A stretch of 64,000 nucleotides of DNA from an uncultured delta proteobacterium (GCA_963793865.1 CAWCBP010000004.1:192001-256000), one strand, 5' to 3'; shown: positions 8,850-20,884, numbered from the stretch's first letter. Translations and numbers: made by a program. Notes: generated by a model not told the origin, from the sequence alone.

Positions 8850-10163
8850 TCACTTCGCGGCCAGGTCTTTGACTCCCTGATAGATTATGTCAAAGAGTTC
8901 CTGCATAAACTTTACTTCGATGCAGGAAAAGGCAATCCGCACATCGGTCGCGTCAACGGCGATCACCCCCACCTCATAGCGGTCAAGCAGATGCAGGCGC
9001 AAGGCTTCGGCATTGACAGACTTCAACCGCAGGCACATGAAGTACCCGGAGTTGAAAGGGTAATAGGTCCAGGCATCGCTGTATTTTGCCTGGCTGAGCA
9101 CCTCTTTCACCTTGAGGGCGCGGGCCTTCATCACCTCGTATTTTTCCTTCGCCTCGCCCGCAAATTCCTTCGACTCCAGCGCCTTCAGCACCAGCGTCTG
9201 CGAGAGGTGCGGGCTGTTGGAGATCCCACCCCTGATGGCGCCCATGGTTTTTTTCTCCAGCGCCCCATAGACAATCTCCTTGTTGGACTGGCCGCCGATG
9301 CCATAGGTGATAAATCCCACGCGCAATCCCCACACGTACTGCTCCTTGGTGGCGCCGTCGAGCTTGACGGCAAGTATATTTTCATCCAGGTTGACCGTGC
9401 GCGAGAAGAGCGATTCCTTCATAAGCTCGTCTTCATAGAACAGGCCGAAATAGGCGTCATCATGAATGACCACCAGCCGTGTTCCCCGGGAGGCGTGATC
9501 CTTCAGCACTGCCGCAATCTCATCGGCCTCCCGCCGGGTGATGGAGTAGCCGGTGGGGTTGTTGGGAAAGTTGAGCAGGACCAGCGCCTTGCCCTTCTCC
9601 CCGGCCGCCTCATCGAGCGCCTTCCTCAGACCGACGCCATTGAACCCGTTTTTTTCATTGTACAGGGGGAATGTTTTAAAGGTCGCGCCCAAACGCTCGC
9701 CAAAAATGAGCCGGTAATTTCCCCAGAGCTTGTCGGGCAGCACAATGACATCCCCCGGATCAACAAACAGGTCGCCCACCAGGCTCAGCCCATGGGTGAT
9801 GGCACTGGTGACCACCGGCACGCTGAACTGCTTTCCTTTCAGGCCGGGGTTGTCGGCAAGCAATTTCTCCTGCCACCTGCTGCGCAGTTCCGGCTTGCCG
9901 GAGGAGGGAGCATACGTAAGGGCATCATTGGGAGCAATCGGGTCTATATACTTCCTGATACAGGGCAGGTGCATGGCCACGCCGTTCTCGGTGGCGATGC
10001 CGATGGTGGCGTTGAACTTTTTTGCCTTGACCTTTGCCTCGGCACTCTGGGTCAGGATGCCTTTGGGAAAAAAGAGGTTTTTGCCTCGCAATGACAGCAT
10101 TTCGAGGAGCGAAGGGCTTTCCTTCATGAGCTGGTCGTTCAGCTCCTGTGCCAGGGGGTTCAT
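8850..10163 (-). CDS. PLP-dependent aminotransferase class I/II
   Basis: NATIG, LNFPNNPTGYS, DDAYFGL, KLDGATK..WGLRVG. Confidence 0.9.
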   Translation of the reverse strand: MNPLAQELNDQLMKESPSLLEMLSLRGKNLFFPKGILTQSAEAKVKAKKFNATIGIATENGVAMHLPCIRKYIDPIAPNDALTYAPSSGKPELRSRWQEKLLADNPGLKGKQFSVPVVTSAITHGLSLVGDLFVDPGDVIVLPDKLWGNYRLIFGERLGATFKTFPLYNEKNGFNGVGLRKALDEAAGEKGKALVLLNFPNNPTGYSITRREADEIAAVLKDHASRGTRLVVIHDDAYFGLFYEDELMKESLFSRTVNLDENILAVKLDGATKEQYVWGLRVGFITYGIGGQSNKEIVYGALEKKTMGAIRGGISNSPHLSQTLVLKALESKEFAGEAKEKYEVMKARALKVKEVLSQAKYSDAWTYYPFNSGYFMCLRLKSVNAEALRLHLLDRYEVGVIAVDATDVRIAFSCIEVKFMQELFDIIYQGVKDLAAK

Positions 10164-10307
10164 GCAAATTCCTCATTGAAAAATATGCGGCTGATTGAAA
10201 ACCGGCTTTTTAACATATTCTTTCTGAGAAGACAAATAAAAATAAGAGGGCCTGATGCCCGGCCGGGTATCACGCCCTTGTCCCCATCTCCGTGTGCGAT
10301 ACGACGC

Positions 10308-12139
<1,832 letters not shown>

Positions 12140-12161
12140 TGTGCATTCCCGCCTGCCGTGA

Positions 12162-13191
12162 TTATGTCAAACTGCCGTCCTGGACCGGCTCGTATCTCCC
12201 CTGGGCGCCGAAGAGGAAAATGCAGTTTTTACCCGCCCGCTTCCCCTGGTAGAGCGCCTTATCCGCATTGTCAATCAGGTCATCCTTGTTATCAGCGTCC
12301 TCGGGAAATGCAGCCAGGCCGATGGTCACGCTTATGGTCCCCACGCTGTTCTCCTTTTCATCAACCATCGGCGTCATGGCGACCGACTTCCTGATCCGTC
12401 TCACACACAATGATGGCCTCCTCCTTGCTGGTCTCCGGCAGCATGATGGCAAACTCCTCGCCCCCATACCGGCAGATAACGTCGCATCCCCGGGTGGCAT
12501 TGCGCAGGATGGAAGCCAGCCTTCTCAGCACCATGTCGCCCACCACGTGGCCGTAGAGGTCATTGTAATTCTTGAAATCATCAATGTCCACCATAAGCAG
12601 GGAGAGGTGCCGCTTGTACCGCTTCTCCCGCTCAAGCTCCACCTTCAGATACTGGTGCATGTAGCGGTAGTTGTACAGCTCGGTGAGGCCGTCGATGCTG
12701 GAGAGCACCTTGTAAAATTCCCGCTCCTGCGCCAGGCGCTGGTATTCGCGCCGGTCAAGGCTCTTCTGCACCACCATTTTTATATGATCGCTGTTGAAGG
12801 GCTTGGTAATGTAATCTATGGCGCCCGCCTTCATTGACTCCACCGCCGAATTGACCGATGCGTAGCCGGTCATGACAATGACATCAATGCCCGGGTCTAT
12901 GGCCTTGACCTCTTTTACCACCTCCAGACCGTGCATGCCGCTCAGCCTGAGATCGGTGATGATGATGTCATAGGTGGCTACCCGGATCAGCTGCAGGGCC
13001 TCCTCGCCGCTTTTGGCGGTGCGCACCGCGTAGCCCGCTTCCTCCAGCAGATCCCTGAGCAAAAGTCGCACCGACTCATCATCGTCTATGACCAGAAGCC
13101 GTGATGGTGTGCCGGCGACCTCTTTATCACCGGATTCCTCGCTCGCAGGCGATTGAACGCTTTTCAGGTCCTGCTTCACATCCTCAACCAT
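12162..13191 (-). CDS. Response regulator diguanylate cyclase (REC-GGDEF); frameshift near 12400
   Basis: Receiver (VIDDD, IITDL, KPF), RGCD I-site, GGEEF; C-terminal [14 protein letters not shown] lies in a shifted frame. Confidence 0.9.
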
Positions 13192-13221
13192 GGCACACCT
13201 TTACCCCTCAAGATGACTGTT

Positions 13222-14208
13222 TCAATGCATGCACGGCTGCATGCCGCGTTCAGTCGCGGACAGCGGCTGCGCGCTTCGCCCGCGGGACTTCCTCCAGCGC
13301 CGGTGGAACCACCACCATTGTGTTGGGTACCGCCGTATGCAGGATTCAATAAGCTTGGTAAGTTTCGCAGTCGTGGTCAAAATGTCCTGATCCCTGTTGC
13401 CCGTATCGTCAATGGCAAACGGCGGGGCAACCATAAGCCGGTGGTGATCCGGCGCATCACGCACCGTAAACAAGGGGATGATCGGTGCTCCGGTACGCAT
13501 GCTGAACACCACCGGCCCCTTGAAGGTGGGCACCTCCCGGCCGAAAAAATCGACCCACAGATCACGGGACGAGGCATTCTGGTCGATCTGGAGAAACAGG
13601 ATGCCGTTGCGCTTTAAACATTTCAGGGACTCGGCTATGCAGGTCTTGCGGGGATCAACCGGTATGGACTCGATGCCAAGCTCCTTCCTTATATCCGCCA
13701 GGGTGGCTGCCAGTTTGCTGTCCCGGGGATCGCGAAGCATAAGTGAAAAGCGGTAACCCTCGGCAATGAGCCGGGGCCCGATAAGGGGAAAATTTCCCAT
13801 GTGCGCGCTGACCGCCACCACACCCCTGCCCAGGCCGAGCGCCCTTTCAAGATGCTCGATACCATCAATGCTCATGATCCCCTTAATATACGGGGGGCCG
13901 GAAAAAATCAGCTTGGCCACCTCTACCACGTTTTTAAAAGAGTCGCAAAACACGCGCTGTGCGATTGCCCGGTACCCATCGCTGCGCCCGGCACTGCCAA
14001 AGGCAAGCTGCAAATTATCGAAGACGATCTTCCTGCGCTTCCCCATCAGATAAAACGCGAGCCGGCCGGCCGGTGCGGATATTCGGTAGAGCCAGGCGAG
14101 CGGCAGCCGGCGGCCCAGAGTGAGACAAAGGGCAACAGCCATCCTTCCCAGGAAATAGCCGGTCCGTTTTACGGGTGTAATCTTTTTGTTCCCTTTTCCC
14201 ATACCCAT
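13222..14208 (-). CDS. Lipid A biosynthesis acyltransferase family (LpxL/HtrB-like)
   Basis: SAHMGNF, LQIDQ, VDFFGREV, IRRYPTQWWWFHRRW. Confidence 0.88.
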   Translation of the reverse strand: MGMGKGNKKITPVKRTGYFLGRMAVALCLTLGRRLPLAWLYRISAPAGRLAFYLMGKRRKIVFDNLQLAFGSAGRSDGYRAIAQRVFCDSFKNVVEVAKLIFSGPPYIKGIMSIDGIEHLERALGLGRGVVAVSAHMGNFPLIGPRLIAEGYRFSLMLRDPRDSKLAATLADIRKELGIESIPVDPRKTCIAESLKCLKRNGILFLQIDQNASSRDLWVDFFGREVPTFKGPVVFSMRTGAPIIPLFTVRDAPDHHRLMVAPPFAIDDTGNRDQDILTTTAKLTKLIESCIRRYPTQWWWFHRRWRKSRGRSAQPLSATERGMQPCMH

Positions 14209-14359
14209 TTTTCAGCGGGCGGCATACGCATGCGGGAGAACCCAGGCCCTGTCTTCCTTCCCCATAGCAAACGAGCGCCCCTATCTAAAGCGTGGCTGCC
14301 GCAGGTCCGGTAGGGGTGAAACAGTCATGAAGATAGGGGCTGACGATAAACACCGCTGA

Positions 14360-14860
14360 TTATATGCCGCTGTGACCAAACCCCCCTTCATTCCGCTCTG
14401 TACCGGTCAGGTCGGAAGCAAGCTCCAGGCGCGCCTGATAAACCTTGTTGACGGTCAGTTGCGCGATCCGGTCACCCCGCTTCACCACAAAGGGGTCTTT
14501 GCCAAGATTGATGAGTATGACTCCAACCTCACCGCGGTAGTCCGCATCTATGGTGCCCGGCGTGTTGAGCACGCTGACCCCGTGCCGCAGGGCGAGGCCG
14601 CTCCGGGGCCGCACCTGCCCCTCAAACCCCTCCGGAATGGCAATGCTTATGCCCGTCGGGATCAGCTTTGTCTCCCCCGGATTGAGCACCACATCTTCCG
14701 TCACCGCCGCATGAATGTCCATCCCCGAAGCATGAGGGGTCATGTAGCGCGGCAGGGGTATGTCTTCGCTGCCCGGCAATTTTTTGATGACGATCCTGAC
14801 GGTTTCCATGCCGGCCGATGCGGGGGTCGCGCACCGGCGGCGCCCGTTAGCAGCGTTCAT
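14360..14860 (-). CDS. dut: dUTP diphosphatase (start may be 14809)
   Basis: ASGMDI, QVRPRSGLA, GTIDADYRGE, RIAQL, RNEGGFGHSG. Confidence 0.96.
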   Translation of the reverse strand: MNAANGRRRCATPASAGMETVRIVIKKLPGSEDIPLPRYMTPHASGMDIHAAVTEDVVLNPGETKLIPTGISIAIPEGFEGQVRPRSGLALRHGVSVLNTPGTIDADYRGEVGVILINLGKDPFVVKRGDRIAQLTVNKVYQARLELASDLTGTERNEGGFGHSGI

Positions 14861-15213
14861 TCAGCCTGGTGCCTCTCGATTTTTTTCCTCTCGTCCTCGA
14901 TGGCCTTTTTCCCCGCCTCGATCGCCGCCAGCAGCTCCGCCTTCTTTTCCTTGGTCAGCTCGATGCCTTCCTCGATGACCTTGTCGGTAGTCTCTTTAAG
15001 GTCTTCGATGAAGTTTTCAATAGTATCCCGGGCGATTTCCGTGAAATGGCGCGCGCTTCTTCGCGCCTTTTTGGTTTGAATGCGGAGATACTGCCGGGTC
15101 TTTTCACCGGTCAGCGGGGCGTAGAGCAACGATATGCCCGCGCCAATTAACGCGCCCGCCGCAAAGATGAAGAGCGACCGGGAACCATCCCTTTCCTCTC
15201 GTTCGTCAGTCAT
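14857..15213 (-). CDS. YtxH domain-containing protein
   Basis: GALIGAGISLLYAPLTGEKTR followed by a charged coiled region; AAAGGAGG SD favours ATG 15213. Confidence 0.85.
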   Translation of the reverse strand: MTDEREERDGSRSLFIFAAGALIGAGISLLYAPLTGEKTRQYLRIQTKKARRSARHFTEIARDTIENFIEDLKETTDKVIEEGIELTKEKKAELLAAIEAGKKAIEDERKKIERHQAE

Positions 15214-15329
15214 ATATACCATCCTCCTTTCAAAAGTTTATGGTGCCCGAAACATGTTTCCTGTTCCTGTGATTTGTTCGCGCACATTATATATATTCCA
15301 CGATACTTTTGCAATGTATTAATGCTCCG

Positions 15330-16316
15330 TCAGCCTGCCAGATGGAAGCGGGCTTTCACCTCTCCGACCACTTCCTTTCTGTGGTTGTAAAGAGTCGTGC
15401 GGTGATAGGGCTGCAGCCGCTTTAATTCGCCCCCGCCGGCGATGCCCAATTGACTGAGCGTTTCGACAACCGCGGGGCTGAGCGCCCTGCCGCTCCCGTC
15501 TTCTATCTTTATGGCCACACCCCATCCCTTTTCCATCAGGCTCAGGGCATAGCCTCCTTCAGCACCGGTCTTGGCGAACACCTTTTTCCCAAAGGTCCGC
15601 ATGACATCGGTACACACCCGTTCATCGCCGGCAATCATTTCAGGGTGGGAAAGCGCGGCTTCCATCAGCCGGGATATGACCGGGTCCGATGTTGAGGTGA
15701 GCCGGGCATATGCCCGGGCGAGGTTTGCAAGGGGGAGAAAAAATACCGGAACGCCGCACCCGTCAATGCCCGTCCCGATGTGCCGGGCGGGAACACCTGA
15801 CAGGGAGGCAATCGTGTCCCGTACCAGGCGTTGCACCGGGTGCTTCATGCTGATGTAGTCATCAAAGGGCCAGCCGTGATGGGCGCAGAGCGCCAGCATG
15901 GCCGCGTGCTTGCCCGCGCAGTTGTTGTGAAGAGGTGTGGCCGCCATTCCCGCTTCCTTTAATTTCTGCGCCGTGTGCCGGTGCGACGGCTGGTGGATGC
16001 CGCACTTGAGATGCCCCTCACCGGCACCGATCTTATCCAGGATGGAGCGGATGGCCGCAACCTGAAAGTCCTGGCCGTTTAAGGACCCGCACATCACCGC
16101 CAGTTCGGGGGGAGTGAGATGGTACCGGTCCGCGGCACCGGTAGCAATGAGGGGCAGGGCTTGAAGGGGCTTGGCACAGCTTCGCAGGCAAAGGTTAAAC
16201 AGTGGATCGCCGAGGTGATACAGGATGGCGCCGCTCTCGTCTGCCACCACGATATGGCCGCCATGGACGGATTCAATCAAATCGCCGCGGGTGACTTCAA
16301 CGAGCGGTTCCGGCAT
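15330..16316 (-). CDS. L-asparaginase II family protein (Rhizobium AnsA type)
   Basis: RSCAKPLQA, NNCAGKH, DGCG, AKTGAEG, KIEDGS. Confidence 0.88.
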   Translation of the reverse strand: MPEPLVEVTRGDLIESVHGGHIVVADESGAILYHLGDPLFNLCLRSCAKPLQALPLIATGAADRYHLTPPELAVMCGSLNGQDFQVAAIRSILDKIGAGEGHLKCGIHQPSHRHTAQKLKEAGMAATPLHNNCAGKHAAMLALCAHHGWPFDDYISMKHPVQRLVRDTIASLSGVPARHIGTGIDGCGVPVFFLPLANLARAYARLTSTSDPVISRLMEAALSHPEMIAGDERVCTDVMRTFGKKVFAKTGAEGGYALSLMEKGWGVAIKIEDGSGRALSPAVVETLSQLGIAGGGELKRLQPYHRTTLYNHRKEVVGEVKARFHLAG

Positions 16317-16375
16317 CGGAAATGATCTTTCAGGTGGGGTCCGGCAGTTTGCTTAAAAAGTATTTTCAACAGCCG

Positions 16376-16975
16376 CTAGAGTTCCCGGAGGTAGCGGTCA
16401 TAGTACATGAGGACCTTTTTCACATAGTGCTGGGTTTCCTCATAAGGCGGAATGCCATCATATTTTGCGACGGCCTCCGGTCCCGCATTGTACGCAGCCA
16501 GGGTAAGGTGAAGGTCATTGTCAAAGCGCTCCATAAGCCGCTTTAAAAATTTAACCCCGCCGTTGATGTTGTCCCGGGGACGGAAGGGATCATACACCTC
16601 CATGTCACTGCTGGTTTCGGGCATGAGCTGCATCAGGCCCTGCGCGCCTTTTTTGGAGACCGCATCGGGGTCAAAACCGGATTCCGCCTTTATGACTGCT
16701 TTAACCAGGGCCGGTTTGACTTCGTGGCGGCAGGAAATCTCTTTGATGAGCCCGTCAAAGCGGGTGCTTTCCACTGCGGAATAGGTTTCCGGGTCTTCAC
16801 TGATAAGCTTATAGCGTGAATTGGTGGGCACATTGGTAAAATGAATGGTGCCATTCCTGTCCACATACTTATATATACCCCCGCCGGCATGGACGGTACA
16901 AGAAAAGCAGAGCAGGAGCAGCACTGCAGCCCAGGGTGCAGAAAAACCAATCCATCTGTGAAGCGTTGTTTTCAT
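16376..16975 (-). CDS. Lytic transglycosylase (SLT domain, N-terminal DUF4124-like)
   Basis: IYKYVDRNGTIHFTN; AES.F, GAQGLMQLMP, AAYNAG, ETQHYV. Confidence 0.92.
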   Translation of the reverse strand: MKTTLHRWIGFSAPWAAVLLLLCFSCTVHAGGGIYKYVDRNGTIHFTNVPTNSRYKLISEDPETYSAVESTRFDGLIKEISCRHEVKPALVKAVIKAESGFDPDAVSKKGAQGLMQLMPETSSDMEVYDPFRPRDNINGGVKFLKRLMERFDNDLHLTLAAYNAGPEAVAKYDGIPPYEETQHYVKKVLMYYDRYLREL

Positions 16976-17167
16976 ACCTGTATCACTGCCTGGAAATAAT
17001 GAAACATGTGTAAACGCTCTCAATCACCTACTATAATCGTCTACCTTCGAAAAAAACTTTAACCCTAATTAATAATAGAAATACAGTTAGAAGAAGTATA
17101 GAAAAATCAATTTTCACTGTCAATGAAAAGATGGGAGGCATGATGCCCATGGTCGAGCAGGTATGAC

Positions 17168-17215
17168 AGGAGTGGCTTTAAGCCGCGAAATCATCGCGCA
17201 TGAATGCGCTCCTAC
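17168..17215 (-). repeat. REP-like element family A (GTAGGAGCG...CTCCT)
   Basis: Reverse complement GTAGGAGCGCATTCATGCGCGATGATTTCGCGGCTTAAAGCCACTCCT matches copies at 36916-36965 and 59974-60022. Confidence 0.85.
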
Positions 17216-17240
17216 AGTACTACACCAGAAATAGTATCCC

Positions 17241-17301
17241 AGTTATTATGATGGCTAAAATCTAGCCATTTGATGGTTAAATATTAGCCATTATATGGCG
17301 A
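17241..17301. promoter_or_regulatory. Tandem palindromic boxes TAGCCAT-N3-ATGG(C/T), 22-bp period
   Basis: ATGG at 17251, 17273, 17295; TAGCCAT at 17263 and 17285. Confidence 0.5.
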
Positions 17302-17448
17302 TATTTACAAAATAAAATTTTCAATTACACTCTACAATGGAACAGAAATAGGCCCCTGAACCCCTAAAATTCTCGCCGTTCCGTTCCCGGTTTTCTTCGG
17401 TATTGAGAAGTAAAGCTTCTGCCAATCAAGAAGGCCATCGAACCTCAA

Positions 17449-17922
17449 TCAGGCCCGAACCCTAAATAGAGTTTTATTAGGATATTTGCAAGTAAACCCT
17501 TTCAACAATGGCTCCTCAATTATTAAGAAATCACACCCAAAAGTTCTAGAATTAAACCAAATGGCATAAACAAATATCCTATTAATTGCGGTCCAGTAAT
17601 AACCTGAGCCAATACATCCTCCGATAATAATTAATATACCTAAAATACATGCATTGTTGGGTTTTACAATTCTTTCATTTACAAAGGCTGCTCCAAACCC
17701 GATTGATGCCCCAATCAGCCAACCCACTGGACAAGTGACAATGAAAGTAAAAATGTATTGACCATCATTCAACAATGCAGGCCTTAGCATTAAATCGAGT
17801 AGAATAATAAAAAAAGATACTGCTATAGCACCAATAAAACCTCCAACGATTATGATGCCCTTGAAATCTGGATTTCTTATAAACTTCAAACATTCTTGTT
17901 TTATTCTTGATAACCCATTCAT
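17449..17922 (-). CDS. Hypothetical membrane protein in an AT-rich islet
   Basis: 157-aa ORF with about three Gly/Ile-rich hydrophobic segments; DNA visibly more AT-rich than flanks. Confidence 0.5.
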   Translation of the reverse strand: MNGLSRIKQECLKFIRNPDFKGIIIVGGFIGAIAVSFFIILLDLMLRPALLNDGQYIFTFIVTCPVGWLIGASIGFGAAFVNERIVKPNNACILGILIIIGGCIGSGYYWTAINRIFVYAIWFNSRTFGCDFLIIEEPLLKGFTCKYPNKTLFRVRA

Positions 17923-18170
17923 TTTATTTCAAGTGTTCAATCTGTGATTGAATAGGCTTTGTTAAATCAAATAAGTATGTGGATTATTGTGCATCAATTA
18001 TTAACTTCTTATCGAATCAAACAATCATATTCTTGAATAATATAAAACGGTGAGGTTTGTAATACAATGCGCTATAAAATCAAATTAGTCCATATTTCAC
18101 TTTGACTTTTATTCGTCATCATTGATAATTAAATAATAAATTTCATAACGAAAGGAGCCACAAGCACACC

Positions 18171-18950
18171 ATGGAAGCTGATATCAAGCGGATCGCCCTC
18201 AAGGCGGCACACGAGGGCGGTGCCGTGCTTATGAAATACTTTGGAAAGATTACCTCGGTTACGCATAAAGGGGAGATAGACCTGGTAACCGAGGCGGACA
18301 AGGAGGCGGAGTTAACCATAGTAAGCATCATAAAAGCCGCCTACCCCCATCACCGCATTCTAGCAGAGGAGACAGGCGACAGCGGGGTCGTATCCTCCTG
18401 CAAATGGATCGTTGATCCCCTTGACGGCACGACCAACTATGCCCACGGCTATCCCATTTTCTGCATTTCCATTGCAGTGGAACTGGAGGGAGAGATACGC
18501 TACGGTGTCATTTACGATCCCGTAAGGCAAGAACTCTTTACCGCCGAGAAAGACAAGGGGGCTTACCTCAACGGGAACCCTCTGCGTGTATCATCGACGC
18601 AGTCACTTAACAACAGCCTGCTCTGCACCGGCTTTCCTTATGACATTCGGCAGGATCCGGAAAACAATCTCCGTCATTTTAGCGGGTTCATGATGAAGGC
18701 CCAGGCAATCAGGCGGGACGGGACTGCCGCGCTTGACCTCTGCTATACCGCCGCCGGGAGATTTGACGGTTTCTGGGAACAGAAACTGCGTCCCTGGGAT
18801 GTTGCCGCGGGCAGTTTAATAGTCACAGAGGCAGGCGGTACGGTGAGCACCTACCAGGGAAAGCCGTTCAGCATCTACGCCCCGGAAATCGTGGCCAGCA
18901 ACGGCATTATACATGAGCAGATGCTGGAGATGCTCAGGGAAAAGCCGTGA
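18171..18950 (+). CDS. suhB: Inositol monophosphatase family protein
   Basis: DLVTEAD, WIVDPLDGTTNY, GFPYD, PWDVAAG. Confidence 0.93.
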   Translation: MEADIKRIALKAAHEGGAVLMKYFGKITSVTHKGEIDLVTEADKEAELTIVSIIKAAYPHHRILAEETGDSGVVSSCKWIVDPLDGTTNYAHGYPIFCISIAVELEGEIRYGVIYDPVRQELFTAEKDKGAYLNGNPLRVSSTQSLNNSLLCTGFPYDIRQDPENNLRHFSGFMMKAQAIRRDGTAALDLCYTAAGRFDGFWEQKLRPWDVAAGSLIVTEAGGTVSTYQGKPFSIYAPEIVASNGIIHEQMLEMLREKP

Positions 18951-18965
18951 ATATGAAATATATGA

Positions 18966-19004
18966 CCCCTCACCCTAACCCTCTCCCCAAAGGGTAGAGG
19001 GAAC
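18966..19004 (+). repeat. BoxC-like repeat (family C)
   Basis: CCCCTCACCCTAACCCTCTCCCCAAAGGGTAGAGGGAAC; near-identical copy at 54383-54422. Confidence 0.8.
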
Positions 19005-19021
19005 TAAGTGATAGGTGACCT

Positions 19022-20884
19022 TTGCCTTCTGACCCCAACACATCGCTGGAAAACACCGTGGCGCAGCTGCCGGCTGCTCCCGGGGTCTATCTTTTCAGAA
19101 ACAGCGGCGGCACCATTCTCTATGTGGGGAAGGCGAAGAGTCTGCGCAACCGGGTGAGGTCATATTTTCAGCACCTCCCTTCCCCGCAGGAAAAGCTGCA
19201 GGCCCTGGTATCCCAAATTGCAGCGGTGGACCATATTGTCACCACCAGTGAGAAGGAAGCCCTGATACTGGAAGGAACGCTGATCAAGCGGCACCGGCCG
19301 CGCTACAATGTCATCTTAAAAGACGACAAAAATTATCCCTACCTGCGGTTGTCCCTCGAAGAGGAATTCCCCCGGCTGTCCCTGGTGCGTAAAGTGAAGA
19401 AGGATGCCTCCCTCTACTTCGGCCCCTTCGCCTCCGCGCCGGCGCTGCGCGAGACGATGAAGGTCATACACCAGCACTTTTTACTGCGCAAGTGCCAGAG
19501 CAGGCAGTTTCAGTTCCGACAGCGGCCGTGTCTCAATTATCAGATGGGGCAGTGTCCGGCTCCCTGCTGTAAGCTTATCGACCGGGAGAAATACCGTGCT
19601 GTTGTCCGCGAAGTTGAGCTGTTCCTCAAGGGGAGAAACCGGGAGCTACTAAAGATGCTTGAGGAGCGCATGACCGGGGCGGCGGAGGAACTCAATTTTG
19701 AAAAAGCAGCCAGGATCCGTGATCGCCTTGCATCTTTAAAAGAAACCCTGGAGAAGCAAAAAGCGGTCATACTCGATTTTACCGACCGCGACGTTATCGG
19801 ACTTCACCGTGAAAACGCTACCATCACCGTAGCGGTGCTTTTCATGCGAAGCGGCTACATGACCGGCAGCGCTCATTTCACCCTGCGCAATATTGACGCC
19901 TCCGACGAGGAGGTTGTTTCCTCGTTTGTCAACCAGTTCTACCGCGAGGGCAGGCTTATACCCGATGAGATCCTTATTCCCTGTGCTCTCGACGATCAAG
20001 CCCTCATCGAGGAATCATTGCGCGACAGAAAAGGCGGCAGGGTTGAGATGGTTACGCCGCACAAGGGGGAAAAGGCGAGACTCATTGCCATGGCTGAAAT
20101 CAACGCCGAGAGCGCCTATAAAACATCGCTTCACCGGGAAGGAGATGCTCATGCCATTGCGGAAGACCTTCGCACTGCGCTCCATTTACAGAGCCGGCCG
20201 GATGTCATCGAGTGCTACGACATCTCCCACCTGGGTGGACGGCAGACAGTGGGATCAATGGTACAGTTTAACCTGGGAGAACCGGTCAAGAACAACTATC
20301 GGCGGTTTAAGATTAAGAGTGAAAATCCGGCGGATGATTGCGCGAGCATCTTTGAGGTGCTGTCCCGGCGGTTTACTCCCGGGGAAAAGCTGCTCCCGCC
20401 GCCTGATTTAATTGTCGTGGATGGGGGAAAGGGCCAGCTCAATGCCGCCCTGACGGTTGCCCGTGATGCGGGCATCACCACTAAGGATATTATCGCCCTG
20501 GCCAAGGGCAGGGCGCAGCGGCCCAAAGCCGCCAGGGAAGGGTACGCTGTTCCGGAGCAGGTATTCATTCCCGACCGGAAAAACCCCATTATCCTGCCCC
20601 GCGGATCAGCCGGCCTGCTTTTGCTTCAGCGAATCCGGGATGAGGCGCACCGGTTCGCCATTACCTATCAGAAAAAACTACGCAGCAGAACCGTCTTTCA
20701 GTCCCCGCTGCAGGACATCCCCGGCGTGGGTAAAACCACGTGCAAAAAACTCATCAAGCATTTCGGAAGCATGGACAGACTCAAGGAAGCATCGCCCGAT
20801 GAGATTGCCCGGGTCCCCTTCCTGAAGAAGAAAGTCGCCGAAGCGATTCATCAGTTCCTCCATGCAGACTCGCGGCGTGCATGA
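19022..20884 (+). CDS. uvrC: Excinuclease ABC subunit C
   Basis: GIY-YIG (GVYLF..LYVGKAKSLRNRVRSYF), UVR domain (LNFEKAARIRD), ECYDISH, DGGKGQL, RDEAHRFA, C-terminal HhH. Confidence 0.97.
   Translation: MPSDPNTSLENTVAQLPAAPGVYLFRNSGGTILYVGKAKSLRNRVRSYFQHLPSPQEKLQALVSQIAAVDHIVTTSEKEALILEGTLIKRHRPRYNVILKDDKNYPYLRLSLEEEFPRLSLVRKVKKDASLYFGPFASAPALRETMKVIHQHFLLRKCQSRQFQFRQRPCLNYQMGQCPAPCCKLIDREKYRAVVREVELFLKGRNRELLKMLEERMTGAAEELNFEKAARIRDRLASLKETLEKQKAVILDFTDRDVIGLHRENATITVAVLFMRSGYMTGSAHFTLRNIDASDEEVVSSFVNQFYREGRLIPDEILIPCALDDQALIEESLRDRKGGRVEMVTPHKGEKARLIAMAEINAESAYKTSLHREGDAHAIAEDLRTALHLQSRPDVIECYDISHLGGRQTVGSMVQFNLGEPVKNNYRRFKIKSENPADDCASIFEVLSRRFTPGEKLLPPPDLIVVDGGKGQLNAALTVARDAGITTKDIIALAKGRAQRPKAAREGYAVPEQVFIPDRKNPIILPRGSAGLLLLQRIRDEAHRFAITYQKKLRSRTVFQSPLQDIPGVGKTTCKKLIKHFGSMDRLKEASPDEIARVPFLKKKVAEAIHQFLHADSRRA

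Noticed and set aside
8430..10094. 554-aa plus-strand ORF
   Set aside because: Antisense shadow of asd and the aminotransferase; no recognisable motifs
12140..12161. Possible glmS ribozyme upstream of glmS
   Set aside because: Only 22 bp of intergenic space
14296..14325. CAGGTCCGG resembling the SRP RNA core
   Set aside because: The required downstream AAGGAAGCAGC is absent; the arms are also too asymmetric for 6S RNA
17241..17301. Periodic repeats as a possible CRISPR array
   Set aside because: Units too short, no unique spacers, no cas genes
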